Positions 10,528 to 19,921 of a stretch of 64,000 nt of DNA are shown one piece after another. Below the pieces are notes generated by a model. It did no database searches. It was given only the letters and a program-made list of their open reading frames with translations, and was not told the origin of the DNA. Origin of the DNA: Candidatus Nitricoxidivorans perseverans (lineage in GTDB: Bacteria; Pseudomonadota; Gammaproteobacteria; Burkholderiales; Rhodocyclaceae); NCBI GenBank assembly GCA_030246985.1, contig CP107246.1, positions 372,282 through 436,281 of the forward strand. Direction: 5' to 3'. Both the position numbers and the translations under genes were made by a program. The number at the start of each line of letters is the position of its first letter. Position 1 is the first letter of the stretch.

Positions 10528-11122
10528 TGCCGGGTTCCCCTGGCGGCGGCCCGCCGATCAGGTCGATCCTGTCCTGCCCTGACACCCGCACGACGAAGCT
10601 GTTGCCGGCGGCCTTCTTCGCCAGCCAGTCGACCGGAGTGTAGATCGTCGGGTTGATGCTGCGCCCCAAACGCTCTTCCGCAGGCAACAAGGTTTCCACC
10701 ACGTCGCCGTAGCCGATGTCCTCGCCGATCAGCATCAGGTCTATATCGCTGCCGGCATGATCCGATCCCTTGGCGATGGAGCCGTAGACGAAGGCCCACA
10801 CCAACTGCCTGGCCAAGGGCGCCAACGCGGCGCGCAAAACCTCGCCGATACCGAAGGTCTTGCGTACGATGCCCAATAGTTCCCCAAAGATCGGGCATTC
10901 GGGATTGGCCTGGTAATGGGTCTGGTTGCCCTGACGGCTCATGGTCAGCACGCCGGCTCTATGCAGCCGGTCCAGCTCGCGCATCAGGCTTCCCTTGCCG
11001 ACCTGTGCCCAGCGAGCGATTTCGTTGACGTAGAAGCTCTGATCGGGCTTGCCATAAAGCAGGCCCAGCACCTTCTGCTGTGTCCCGGTGAACAAGGCGT
11101 CACTGAGCGGCTGTGTTTTCAT
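10517..11122 (-). CDS. wHTH-fused minimal nucleotidyltransferase (MNT-type putative antitoxin)
   Basis: 201 aa. N-terminal winged-helix segment (SFYVNEIARWAQVGKGSLMRELDRLHRAGVL). NTase motif VYGSIAKGSDHAGSDIDLMLIG (GS-x9-11-DxD). Confidence 0.65.
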   Translation of the reverse strand: MKTQPLSDALFTGTQQKVLGLLYGKPDQSFYVNEIARWAQVGKGSLMRELDRLHRAGVLTMSRQGNQTHYQANPECPIFGELLGIVRKTFGIGEVLRAALAPLARQLVWAFVYGSIAKGSDHAGSDIDLMLIGEDIGYGDVVETLLPAEERLGRSINPTIYTPVDWLAKKAAGNSFVVRVSGQDRIDLIGGPPPGEPGNER

Positions 11123-11243
11123 GGCGTCATCAACAAGTCCCCGGATGGGAATGATAAGTCCCTTTCAGGGAATCATCAAGCTATTGAAAGATCACAGTTG
11201 ATTTCCGTTGCCGGCGAGAACGTCTCCATGGGCCTGGCCTCGA

Positions 11244-12128
11244 CTACAGCGTCCCGACCGCGACCTCGTAGGCGCCGCCGATGACCAGGTGCTCGCCCTC
11301 GCCCTTGAGCACGCCGGGCGTCAGCCCGCAGTGGAAGAAGACCTTGGCCGTCGGCACATCGGCCTCGATGATCCAGTCGCCGAATTCGCCGGCGCGTTCG
11401 CGCGAGCTGGTGAATGAGGCGAGGTTGTTGAACAGGACGACCTGGCGCCTGCCGTTTCCGCTCAGGACTTCGTGTTCGTCGATGCGGTTGATGCCGCGAT
11501 ACAAAGTCAGCCGTGGCTGCGCGCCGAGCCGTGCGAACTCGCGCTGGCACCAGGCGTAGAGCAGGTCGAGCTGGCCCTCGATGGCGTTGGTGCCGCTGAC
11601 GCCGGCCGCGCGCATGCTCTCGTAGCGATGCCAGGCGGGGCCGGTGAAGTCGCGCAGCGGATCAATGTGGAAGCGCGGCACGAGGCCGAAGCGCGACTCC
11701 ACCCAGCCCTTGAGCGCGGCGCCCTCGCGGCTGTCCGAGTCGAAGCTCCAGCCGCGCAGCATGCGCAGCCAGTTGGCCTTGGCGCGTTTATGCGTGTGCG
11801 CGTCGAGGCCCGCGTCTTCCAGGCTGTCCAGGCAGAAGTGCGCGGCGAGCCCCTCGCGGAACAGCCGCGCGCGCTCGTGCGCGTCGTCCTCGCGATCGAG
11901 CAGCGCGAAGAGCCCCGCGTGCAGCTCCTCGACGCCGTCGAGCCTGAGCGCGGTCGGGTGCCGCTGGAAGGTGACGCTGCCCAGGATCACCGCCGGCAGG
12001 TTGCAGCGGTTGATGGGCAGGCGAGCCCAGGAAGGCAGCGAGGGGGCCGGATTGTCGGGACTGTGACAAACGCCGGGCGCTTTGTCGGATGCGGACGGAG
12101 GGGGCGGCTCGGCGTTTAGTTCTGTCAT
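11244..12128 (-). CDS. draT: DraT (NAD+--dinitrogenase reductase ADP-D-ribosyltransferase)
   Basis: 294 aa. NLPAVILGSVTFQRHPTALRLDGVEELHAGLFALLD and the C-terminal GEGEHLVIGGAYEV match DraT as remembered. Divergent from nifH, as in Azospirillum and Rhodospirillum. Confidence 0.8.
   Translation of the reverse strand: MTELNAEPPPPSASDKAPGVCHSPDNPAPSLPSWARLPINRCNLPAVILGSVTFQRHPTALRLDGVEELHAGLFALLDREDDAHERARLFREGLAAHFCLDSLEDAGLDAHTHKRAKANWLRMLRGWSFDSDSREGAALKGWVESRFGLVPRFHIDPLRDFTGPAWHRYESMRAAGVSGTNAIEGQLDLLYAWCQREFARLGAQPRLTLYRGINRIDEHEVLSGNGRRQVVLFNNLASFTSSRERAGEFGDWIIEADVPTAKVFFHCGLTPGVLKGEGEHLVIGGAYEVAVGTL
12053..12068. promoter_or_regulatory. NifA UAS (TGT-N10-ACA) upstream of nifH, inside the draT 5' coding region
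   Basis: TGTCGGGACTGTGACA read directly, about 100 bp upstream of the nifH -24/-12 motif. Confidence 0.65.
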
Positions 12129-12156
12129 TTCAACGGGTTGTCATTGTGCTGGCGCA

Positions 12157-12172
12157 TGGCACGCTCCTTGCC
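12157..12172 (+). promoter_or_regulatory. sigma54 promoter of nifH (TGGCAC-N5-TTGCC)
   Basis: TGGCACGCTCCTTGCC. About a 50-nt leader to the nifH ATG, with a GGAGA RBS. Confidence 0.8.
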
Positions 12173-12217
12173 ATTCCCTTGGCGAACACGGGATTCGCCA
12201 TTCACATAGGAGACTGA

Positions 12218-13111
<894 letters not shown>

Positions 13112-13121
13112 GGAGAATGAC

Positions 13122-14570
13122 ATGCCCGCATTGACCCGCGAGGAAACCCAGGCCCTCATCGAAGAGGTGATCGAGGTCTATCCCGAGAAGGCGAAGAAGG
13201 ACCGCGCCAAGCACCTGATGGTCAACGACGTCACGCTGGAGTCGTCGAAGAAGTGCATCACCTCCAACCGCAAGTCGCTGCCGGGCGTGATGACCATGCG
13301 CGGCTGCGCCTACGCCGGCTCCAAGGGCGTCGTATGGGGCCCGATCAAGGACATGATCTCGATCTCCCACGGCCCCATCGGCTGCGGCCAGTACGCCCGC
13401 GGCGGGCGCCGCAACTACTACGTCGGCGCCACCGGCGTCGACGCGTTCAGCGAGCTCAACTTCACCTCGGATTTCCAGGAGAAGGACATCGTTTTCGGCG
13501 GCGACAAGAAACTCGCCAAGCTCATCAACGAGATCGAGACGCTCTTTCCGCTGAACAAGGGCATCTCGGTGCAGTCCGAATGCCCCGTCGGCCTGATCGG
13601 CGACGACATCGAGGCGGTGTCGAAGAAGGCCGCCGCCGAGATCGGCAAGCCCGTGGTGCCCGTGCGCTGCGAGGGCTTCCGCGGCGTTTCGCAGTCGCTC
13701 GGCCACCACATCGCCAACGATTCGGTGCGCGACTGGATCCTCTCCAACCGCGACGGCCGGCCGTTCGAGAAGACGCCCTACGACGTGGCCATCCTCGGCG
13801 ACTACAACATCGGCGGCGACGCCTGGGCTTCGCGCATCCTGCTCGAAGAGATGGGTCTGCGCGTCGTGGCGCAATGGTCGGGCGACGGCACGCTGGCGGA
13901 GATGGAGAACACGCCCAACGTCAAGCTCAACCTCCTCCATTGCTACCGCTCGATGAACTACATCAGCCGGCTCATGGAGGAGAAGTACGGCATTCCCTGG
14001 CTCGAATACAACTTCTTCGGCCCGACCAAGATCGCCGAAAGCTTGCGCGCCATCGCCGCCCGCTTCGACGACCGCATCAAGGAAGGCGCCGAGCGCGTGA
14101 TCGAGAAATACACGCCGGCGATGGACGCGATCATCGCCAAGTACAAGCCGCGTCTGCAAGGCAGGAAGGTGATGCTCTACGTCGGCGGCCTGCGCCCGCG
14201 CCACGTGGTCGGCGCCTACGAAGACCTGGGCATGGAAGTGATCGGCACGGGCTACGAGTTCGCCCACAGCGACGACTACGACCGCACGATCAAGGACGTT
14301 GGCGACGCGACGCTGATCTACGACGACGCCACCGGCCACGAGCTCGATGAGTTCGTGAAGGCCATGAAGCCCGACCTGATCGGCTCCGGTATCAAGGAGA
14401 AGTACGTCTTCCACAAGATGGGCTTCCCGTTTCGCCAGATGCATTCCTGGGACTACTCGGGGCCTTACCACGGCTACGACGGCTTCGCGGTCTTCGCCAA
14501 GGACATGGACCTGACGCTCAACAACCCGTGCTGGAAGATGCTCGCGCCGCCGTGGAAGAAGGCCGCCTGA
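13122..14570 (+). CDS. nifD: NifD (Mo-nitrogenase MoFe protein alpha chain)
   Basis: 482 aa. [66 protein letters not shown] and HCYRSMNY (FeMo-co Cys context). Confidence 0.97.
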   Translation: MPALTREETQALIEEVIEVYPEKAKKDRAKHLMVNDVTLESSKKCITSNRKSLPGVMTMRGCAYAGSKGVVWGPIKDMISISHGPIGCGQYARGGRRNYYVGATGVDAFSELNFTSDFQEKDIVFGGDKKLAKLINEIETLFPLNKGISVQSECPVGLIGDDIEAVSKKAAAEIGKPVVPVRCEGFRGVSQSLGHHIANDSVRDWILSNRDGRPFEKTPYDVAILGDYNIGGDAWASRILLEEMGLRVVAQWSGDGTLAEMENTPNVKLNLLHCYRSMNYISRLMEEKYGIPWLEYNFFGPTKIAESLRAIAARFDDRIKEGAERVIEKYTPAMDAIIAKYKPRLQGRKVMLYVGGLRPRHVVGAYEDLGMEVIGTGYEFAHSDDYDRTIKDVGDATLIYDDATGHELDEFVKAMKPDLIGSGIKEKYVFHKMGFPFRQMHSWDYSGPYHGYDGFAVFAKDMDLTLNNPCWKMLAPPWKKAA

Positions 14571-14623
14571 GCAGACCCCGTGCCCGCCACGATGTTCGAT
14601 TCCACACCATAAGGAGAAACACC

Positions 14624-16537
14624 ATGAACGGTTCCTCGGATGCCCGCGTCGTCGAAGCCGCCGGCGCCAGTTGCGGCAGTGTCCACGCCTCGGTGCGCGA
14701 GATGGCCATGTTCCTCGACACGCGCAATGTCCGCACCTTCCTGCAGCGCAACGCCGAGCAGGGAACCTGCAAGCACGGGGAGCTGGGCGTCTGCTGCACG
14801 CTGTGCCCCGACGGCCCCTGCCGCATCCGCGAAAACGCGACCCGGGGCCGCTGCGGCATCGACGCCGACGGCATCGCCGCGCGCAACCTGCTGCGCCTGG
14901 TGAACCAGGGCGGCGCGGCCTACACCCACGACTTCAAGCACAGCATCGCCACGCTGCGCGCGGCCGCCCGCGGCGAGGGCGGCTTCCGCCTGCGCGACGA
15001 GGCCAAGCTGCGCTGGTTCGCCGGCGTCCTCGGCGTGGCCGGCGAGGGCCTGGGCGCGGCCGAGCTGGGCCTGCGCGTGGCCGATGCGCTGGAAGACGAA
15101 TTCCGCAAGGACGTGCATCAGCCGCTCGACCTGGTGCGCAACCTCGCGCCGGCGAGCCGTCTGCAAGTGTGGCGGACGCTGGGCGTCGTGCCCGGCGGCT
15201 ACCTGCACGAGGCGCACGAGGCCGGCGCCAAGGTGATGCCGAACATCGACACCGACTACGTCGACCTCTCGCTGACGGCGCTGCGCCTGGCCATCTCGGC
15301 CGGCTTCCTCGGCAACATCGCCACCTCGGTCATGCGCGACATCGTGCTCGGCTCGCCCGACATCACCGAGGGCGAGGCCGACCTCGGCGTGCTCGATCCG
15401 GCCTGCGTGAACATCATCCTGCACGGCCATGTGCCCTGGATGGGCGCAACCGTCGGCCGGCTGGCCAGGGAAGAGCGATTCCAGGCGCGGGCGCGCGCCG
15501 CCGGCGCCGCCGGCATCAAGGTCTACGGCAGCCTGTGCACCGGCCAGGAGCTGGCGCAGCGGCCGGACACCGCCCAATACCTCGACGGTCAGGTGGGCAA
15601 CTGGCTCTCCCAGGAATTCGTCGCCGCCACCGGCGTCGCCGACCTGTTCGTGATGGAGAAGAACTGCTCGGCGCCGGGGCTGCCGGCGGTGATCGAGCAG
15701 CTCAAGCTGCACACCCGGCTGGTGCCGGTCAACCCGGCCGTGCGCCTGCGCGGCGTCGCCGCCGACGCGTCCCTCGACTATGCGCCGGAGCGGGCGGAAG
15801 CCCAGGCGGAAAAGCTGATCGCCATGGCGATCGAGGCCTACGGCCGGCGCGATCCGGCCTATGCGCCGCGCGTGCCCGCCCACAAGACGCCCTACATCGC
15901 CGGCTTCGGCGTCGAGAGCGTGCTCAAGGCCCTCGGCGGCAGCCCGCAGCCGCTGCTGGACGCCATCGGCAACGGCACCCTCAAGGGCGTCGTCGGCCTG
16001 GTGAGCTGCGTCACCGCCAAGACCGGCGCCGGCGGCTTCCTCACCCGCTTCCTCGAGGAACTGCTGGCCCAGGACGTGCTGGTGCTGGTGGCCGGCTGCG
16101 CCTCCTCCACCGCCCAGATCGAAGGCTTCATGAACGGCGCGGCGGTGGAACGCTACGCCGGGCCGGGCCTGAAACAGGTCTGCCAGGCGCTCGGCATCCC
16201 GCCGGCGCTGAACTTCGGCTCCTGTCTGGACACCGGCCGCATGGCGCTGTTGATCCTCGCGCTCGCCGATTACCTGAAGGTCGATCCGACCAAGCTGCCG
16301 GTGGTCGCCGCCGCGCCCGAGTATTACAACAACGACGCGCTGATCGACGGCCTGCTGGCGGTGTCGCTGGGCATCAACACCTACGTCAATCCGGTTCCCC
16401 CCGTCACCGGCGGCGCCGACCTGACCAAGCTGCTCACCCAGGACCTGGACGGCCTGCTCGGCGCCCGCTTCCTGGTGGAGGCGGATCCGGTGCTGGCGGC
16501 CGGCAAGGTGGTGGAAGCCCTGTCGGCCCGCCATTGA
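14624..16537 (+). CDS. cooS: CooS-family (anaerobic Ni,Fe CO dehydrogenase catalytic subunit-like) protein encoded between nifD and nifK
   Basis: 637 aa, taken from ATG 14624 (AAGGAGA RBS) within ORF 14528..16537. It is colinear with C. hydrogenoformans CODH-II as remembered. N-terminal C-x7-CC-x2-C-x4-C...C (CKHGELGVCCTLCPDGPCR...RCG). Also NIILHGHVP, GIKVYGSLCTGQE, VMEKNCSAPG, LVSCVT, LVAGCASS, NFGSCLDTGR and LPVVAAAPE. Confidence 0.85.
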   Translation: MNGSSDARVVEAAGASCGSVHASVREMAMFLDTRNVRTFLQRNAEQGTCKHGELGVCCTLCPDGPCRIRENATRGRCGIDADGIAARNLLRLVNQGGAAYTHDFKHSIATLRAAARGEGGFRLRDEAKLRWFAGVLGVAGEGLGAAELGLRVADALEDEFRKDVHQPLDLVRNLAPASRLQVWRTLGVVPGGYLHEAHEAGAKVMPNIDTDYVDLSLTALRLAISAGFLGNIATSVMRDIVLGSPDITEGEADLGVLDPACVNIILHGHVPWMGATVGRLAREERFQARARAAGAAGIKVYGSLCTGQELAQRPDTAQYLDGQVGNWLSQEFVAATGVADLFVMEKNCSAPGLPAVIEQLKLHTRLVPVNPAVRLRGVAADASLDYAPERAEAQAEKLIAMAIEAYGRRDPAYAPRVPAHKTPYIAGFGVESVLKALGGSPQPLLDAIGNGTLKGVVGLVSCVTAKTGAGGFLTRFLEELLAQDVLVLVAGCASSTAQIEGFMNGAAVERYAGPGLKQVCQALGIPPALNFGSCLDTGRMALLILALADYLKVDPTKLPVVAAAPEYYNNDALIDGLLAVSLGINTYVNPVPPVTGGADLTKLLTQDLDGLLGARFLVEADPVLAAGKVVEALSARH

Positions 16538-16554
16538 TTGCAAAGGAGAGAGAG

Positions 16555-18123
16555 ATGCAAACCGCAGAAGAGATCAAACCGTGCTTCCCGCTGTTCCGGG
16601 ACGACGACTACAAGGACATGATCGCCCGAAAGCGCGAGACGTTCGAGGAAGTCCACGGCAGGGACAAGATCGCCGACACATTCGCCTGGACGACCACGAA
16701 GGAATACCAGGAGCTCAACTTCAAGCGCGAGGCGCTGACCGTCAACCCGGCCAAGGCCTGCCAGCCCCTCGGCTCCGCCCTGTGCGGCTTGGGATTCCAC
16801 AAGACCCTGGTGTACATCCACGGCTCGCAGGGTTGCGTCGCCTACTTCCGCACCTACTTCAACCGCCATTTCAAGGAGCCCATCGCTCTCATCGCCGACT
16901 CGATGACGGAAGACGCGGCGGTTTTCGGCGGCCAGAAGAACGTCCATGAAGGCTTGGCCAACGCCAAGGCGCTCTACGGAGCCGAGATGATCGCGATGTC
17001 GACGACCTGCATCGCCGAGGTCATCGGCGACGACCTGAACGCCTTCATCGGCAACGCCCGCAAGGAAGGCCACGTACCCATGGACTTCCCGATCCCCTTC
17101 GCCCATACGCCGAGCTTCGTCGGCTCCCACGTCACCGGCTGGGACAATATGGAGGAGGGCATCCTGCGCTATTTCACGCTGAACGGCATGGAGGGCAAGG
17201 CGCCGGGATCGAACGGCAAGATCAACCTCGTGCCGGGCTTCGAGACCTACCTGGGCAACTACCGCGTGATGAAGCGCTACATGAAGGAGATGGGCGTCGA
17301 CGCCACGATGCTCTCCGATCCCGAGGAAGTGCTCGACACGCCGGCCGACGGCGAATTCCGCATGTACGCCGGCGGCACGACGCAGGAAGAGGTCAAGGAC
17401 GCGCCCAACGCCCACACCACCTTCCTGCTCCAGCCGATGGGCCTCGACAAGACCAGGAAGTTCGTCGAGGGCACATGGAACCACGAGGTGCCCAAGCTCG
17501 ACATCCCGATGGGCGTCGAGTGGACCGACGCGTTCCTGATGAAGGTGTCGGAAGTCACCGGCAAGCCGATCCCCGCTTCGCTGGCGCTGGAGCGCGGCCG
17601 CCTGATCGACATGATGACCGACTCCCACGCCTGGCTGCACGGCAGGAAGATGGCGCTCTACGGCGATCCGGACTTCACGCTGGGCATGGTCAAGATGCTC
17701 ATGGAGTTCGGTGTCGAGCCGACGCACGTCGTCTGCCACAACGGCGGCAAGAAGTGGGCGAAGGCGATGGAGAAGCTGCTGGCTTCCAGCCCCTACGGCG
17801 CTTCCGGCCGCGCGTATCCGAGCGCCGATCTGTGGCACCTGCGCAGCCTGTGCTTCACCGACAAGCCCGACTTCCTTATCGGAAACAGCTACGGCAAGTT
17901 CATCCAGCGCGACACGCGGCACAAGGGCCCGGAGTTCGAGGTGCCGCTGATCCGCATCGGCTTCCCGATCTTCGACCGGCACCATCTGCACCGCCAGACG
18001 ACGCTGGGCTACGAAGGCGCGATGCAGGTGCTGACGACGCTGACCAACGCGGTGCTCGATCGCCTGGACGACCAGACGCGCGGCATGGGCACCACGGACT
18101 ACAACCACGATCTGGTGAGGTAA
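16555..18123 (+). CDS. nifK: NifK (Mo-nitrogenase MoFe protein beta chain)
   Basis: Last 522 aa of ORF 14671..18123. MQTAEEIKPCFPLFRDDDYKDMIARKRETFEE..., ACQPLGSALCGLGF, IHGSQGCVAYFR and C-terminal TDYNHDLVR. GGAGAG RBS upstream. Confidence 0.97.
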   Translation: MQTAEEIKPCFPLFRDDDYKDMIARKRETFEEVHGRDKIADTFAWTTTKEYQELNFKREALTVNPAKACQPLGSALCGLGFHKTLVYIHGSQGCVAYFRTYFNRHFKEPIALIADSMTEDAAVFGGQKNVHEGLANAKALYGAEMIAMSTTCIAEVIGDDLNAFIGNARKEGHVPMDFPIPFAHTPSFVGSHVTGWDNMEEGILRYFTLNGMEGKAPGSNGKINLVPGFETYLGNYRVMKRYMKEMGVDATMLSDPEEVLDTPADGEFRMYAGGTTQEEVKDAPNAHTTFLLQPMGLDKTRKFVEGTWNHEVPKLDIPMGVEWTDAFLMKVSEVTGKPIPASLALERGRLIDMMTDSHAWLHGRKMALYGDPDFTLGMVKMLMEFGVEPTHVVCHNGGKKWAKAMEKLLASSPYGASGRAYPSADLWHLRSLCFTDKPDFLIGNSYGKFIQRDTRHKGPEFEVPLIRIGFPIFDRHHLHRQTTLGYEGAMQVLTTLTNAVLDRLDDQTRGMGTTDYNHDLVR

Positions 18124-18134
18124 AGGAAGACATC

Positions 18135-18332
18135 ATGGCAATGAAAATCGTACAAGCGGAATGCTCGTCCTGCGGCGACTGCGTGCCGGTATGCGCCACA
18201 AAATCGATCACCGACAAGGGCGGCGTCTTCAAGATCAACAAGGAGACCTGCACCGAGTGCGAGGGCGAGGCCGACTCGCCCAAGTGCGTCGATGTCTGCC
18301 CGGCCGGCGATGCCTGCATCGTCTACGTCTGA
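18135..18332 (+). CDS. Small 2x[4Fe-4S] ferredoxin co-transcribed with nifHDK
   Basis: 65 aa at the end of ORF 17475..18332. MAMKIVQAECSSCGDCVPVCA... with a CxxCxxCxxxC motif and CTECEGEADSPKCVDVCP. It starts 11 nt after the nifK stop. Confidence 0.8.
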   Translation: MAMKIVQAECSSCGDCVPVCATKSITDKGGVFKINKETCTECEGEADSPKCVDVCPAGDACIVYV

Positions 18333-18341
18333 GGAGGCGCC

Positions 18342-18746
18342 ATGCGCGGATCGATCCTTGCCGCCTGCGCCTCGAACGAAGGTGAAATGCTCGACGGCCA
18401 TTTCGGTTCCTGCGAGCGGTTCCTGATCTACGAGGTCGGCGCGGAGGAATCGCGGCTCGTCGCCGTGCGTCCGGCGCCCGGTGACGACGGCACCTCCGCG
18501 CGCGTCCGGCTCGTCGCCGACTGCCAAGTGGTGTTCCTCCAGTCCATCGGCGGGCCGGCGGCGGCGAAGGTGGTGCGCGCCGGCGTGCATCCGGTGAAAG
18601 TGCCGAAGATCGGGCCGGCGGCGGAAACCCTGGCGAGGCTCCGGGAGTCGCTGAAAAGCCCGCCGCCCTGGCTGGCCAAGGCCATGGGCGTCGAGGCGGC
18701 CTCGCTCGCGCCCTTCCGCGAACTCGCCGGGGCCGGACCGGCGTGA
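18342..18746 (+). CDS. NifX/NifY/NafY-family (dinitrogenase FeMo-cofactor-binding domain) protein
   Basis: 134 aa. ILAACASNEGEMLDGHFGSCERFLIYEV...VFLQSIGGPAAAKVVRAGVHPVKV is the pattern of the NifB/NifX-type cofactor-binding fold. Its position after nifK matches nifY. Confidence 0.7.
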   Translation: MRGSILAACASNEGEMLDGHFGSCERFLIYEVGAEESRLVAVRPAPGDDGTSARVRLVADCQVVFLQSIGGPAAAKVVRAGVHPVKVPKIGPAAETLARLRESLKSPPPWLAKAMGVEAASLAPFRELAGAGPA

Positions 18747-19606
18747 ATGCCGCCGTGCCGGAAGAGGCCTTCCGCGAAGTGCTCGTGCGCGGCGGCTGGT
18801 ACCGGCTCGGCGGCGTCGTCGATGCCTCCGGCCGGCGCATCGCCGACGATATCAAGCGATGGGCCGAGGCGGAACTCGCCGCGCGGGACGACGACATGCA
18901 GGCGCTGGCCGACGATTTCGCCGGCCGGGGCCTGCGGGCAACGCGGTTCAACGGCAAGACCCACTACCGGGTGGCGGCGACCGGCGACGGCCCCACGGAT
19001 TTCCTGCAACTCGAAATCGAGGAATTGCAGGAGGTGGCCTGCCACCCGCTCTTCGCCGGCGACGCCCCGCCGTCCGACATCGAGGAGATCGTCGATCCGG
19101 CCGGACCGTGCGATGGCCAGGATCCGCTTGGCGCGCCTTTCCTCGTGGAGCGCCGGATCACCGACATCGCCGACTTTCTCGCCCGGATGCGCGCGCAGAG
19201 GCCCGAGCCCCAACCGGTTCACCGCTTCGTCGAGGATTGGCGCCGGAGCGGCGCCGGCGCCGCGACCCCGTTCGCCAGCCATTGGGTATTCGCGGTGCGC
19301 GAGCATCTCGACCGCTACCGGCAGTGCGTCCTGAACGCCACGCCCGTGGCGACCCTGAACGGGCCGCCGCCGCGATTCGAAAGCGTCTTCGGTGCACAGG
19401 GGCTGGCGCTCCATGAGGCATTGAAGCGTTTCGACTGCCAGGCCGGCTACCCGATGGCCTGGTTCTTCCACATGCTGACGACCAAGACCGTGCCGCACGC
19501 CGTCGCCAGCGCGGCGATCGAAGACGTGCAGGCTGGATTCCGCTACCTGCCGGATCGCGACGTTCAGGTGGTCAGGGACTGGCTGCACCGTCCCTACGGG
19601 TTTTAA
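18743..19606 (+). CDS. Uncharacterised 287-aa protein, last gene of the nifHDK transcription unit
   Basis: ORF with a GTG start overlapping the upstream stop (GTGA, 18743-18746). Protein-like composition. No motif recognised. Confidence 0.55.
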   Translation: MNAAVPEEAFREVLVRGGWYRLGGVVDASGRRIADDIKRWAEAELAARDDDMQALADDFAGRGLRATRFNGKTHYRVAATGDGPTDFLQLEIEELQEVACHPLFAGDAPPSDIEEIVDPAGPCDGQDPLGAPFLVERRITDIADFLARMRAQRPEPQPVHRFVEDWRRSGAGAATPFASHWVFAVREHLDRYRQCVLNATPVATLNGPPPRFESVFGAQGLALHEALKRFDCQAGYPMAWFFHMLTTKTVPHAVASAAIEDVQAGFRYLPDRDVQVVRDWLHRPYGF

Positions 19607-19618
19607 AGGGGGCTAATT

Positions 19619-19921
19619 TCAACGTCCTTCTCCCCGCTTCAACCGTCCCTGCGCCTTGCGATACACCGCGCTGTCCTCGCGTTTGCCGATGGCGACGACC
19701 ACGACCACCACGCGTGCGTCAAACACCTGATACACCAGCCGGTAGCCGGCGGCGCGCAGCTTGATCTTGTAGCAGTCGGGCATGCCGGCAAGCCGCGCGG
19801 ATTCGACATGGGGATTTTCCAGGCGTTCGGCCAGGCGGGCCTTGAACTGCTCGCGCATGCCCCGGTCGAGCTTCTGCCACTCCTTCCAGGCGCTGTCGCG
19901 GAATTCGAGGCTATAGCGCAT
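19619..19921 (-). CDS. relE: RelE/ParE-family toxin
   Basis: 100 aa. MRYSLEFRDSAWKEWQKLDRGMREQFKARLAERLENP...YRLVYQVFDARVVVVVVAIGKRE is typical RelE/StbE. It overlaps the antitoxin gene by 11 nt. Confidence 0.85.
   Translation of the reverse strand: MRYSLEFRDSAWKEWQKLDRGMREQFKARLAERLENPHVESARLAGMPDCYKIKLRAAGYRLVYQVFDARVVVVVVAIGKREDSAVYRKAQGRLKRGEGR

Noticed and set aside
14474-16543. 689-aa minus-strand ORF covering the whole cooS-like gene.
   Set aside because: It is the antisense frame of a gene with block-by-block CooS similarity. It has a junk-like composition and no recognisable motifs.
16381-18108. 575-aa minus-strand ORF opposite nifK.
   Set aside because: Same reasoning: antisense to nifK, with no motifs.
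14671-18123. 1150-aa plus-strand ORF that appears to fuse a long N-terminal extension to NifK.
   Set aside because: The first 628 codons are an out-of-frame read-through of the cooS-like gene (Arg/Pro/Gly-rich junk). NifK homology begins at the ATG at 16555, which has its own RBS.
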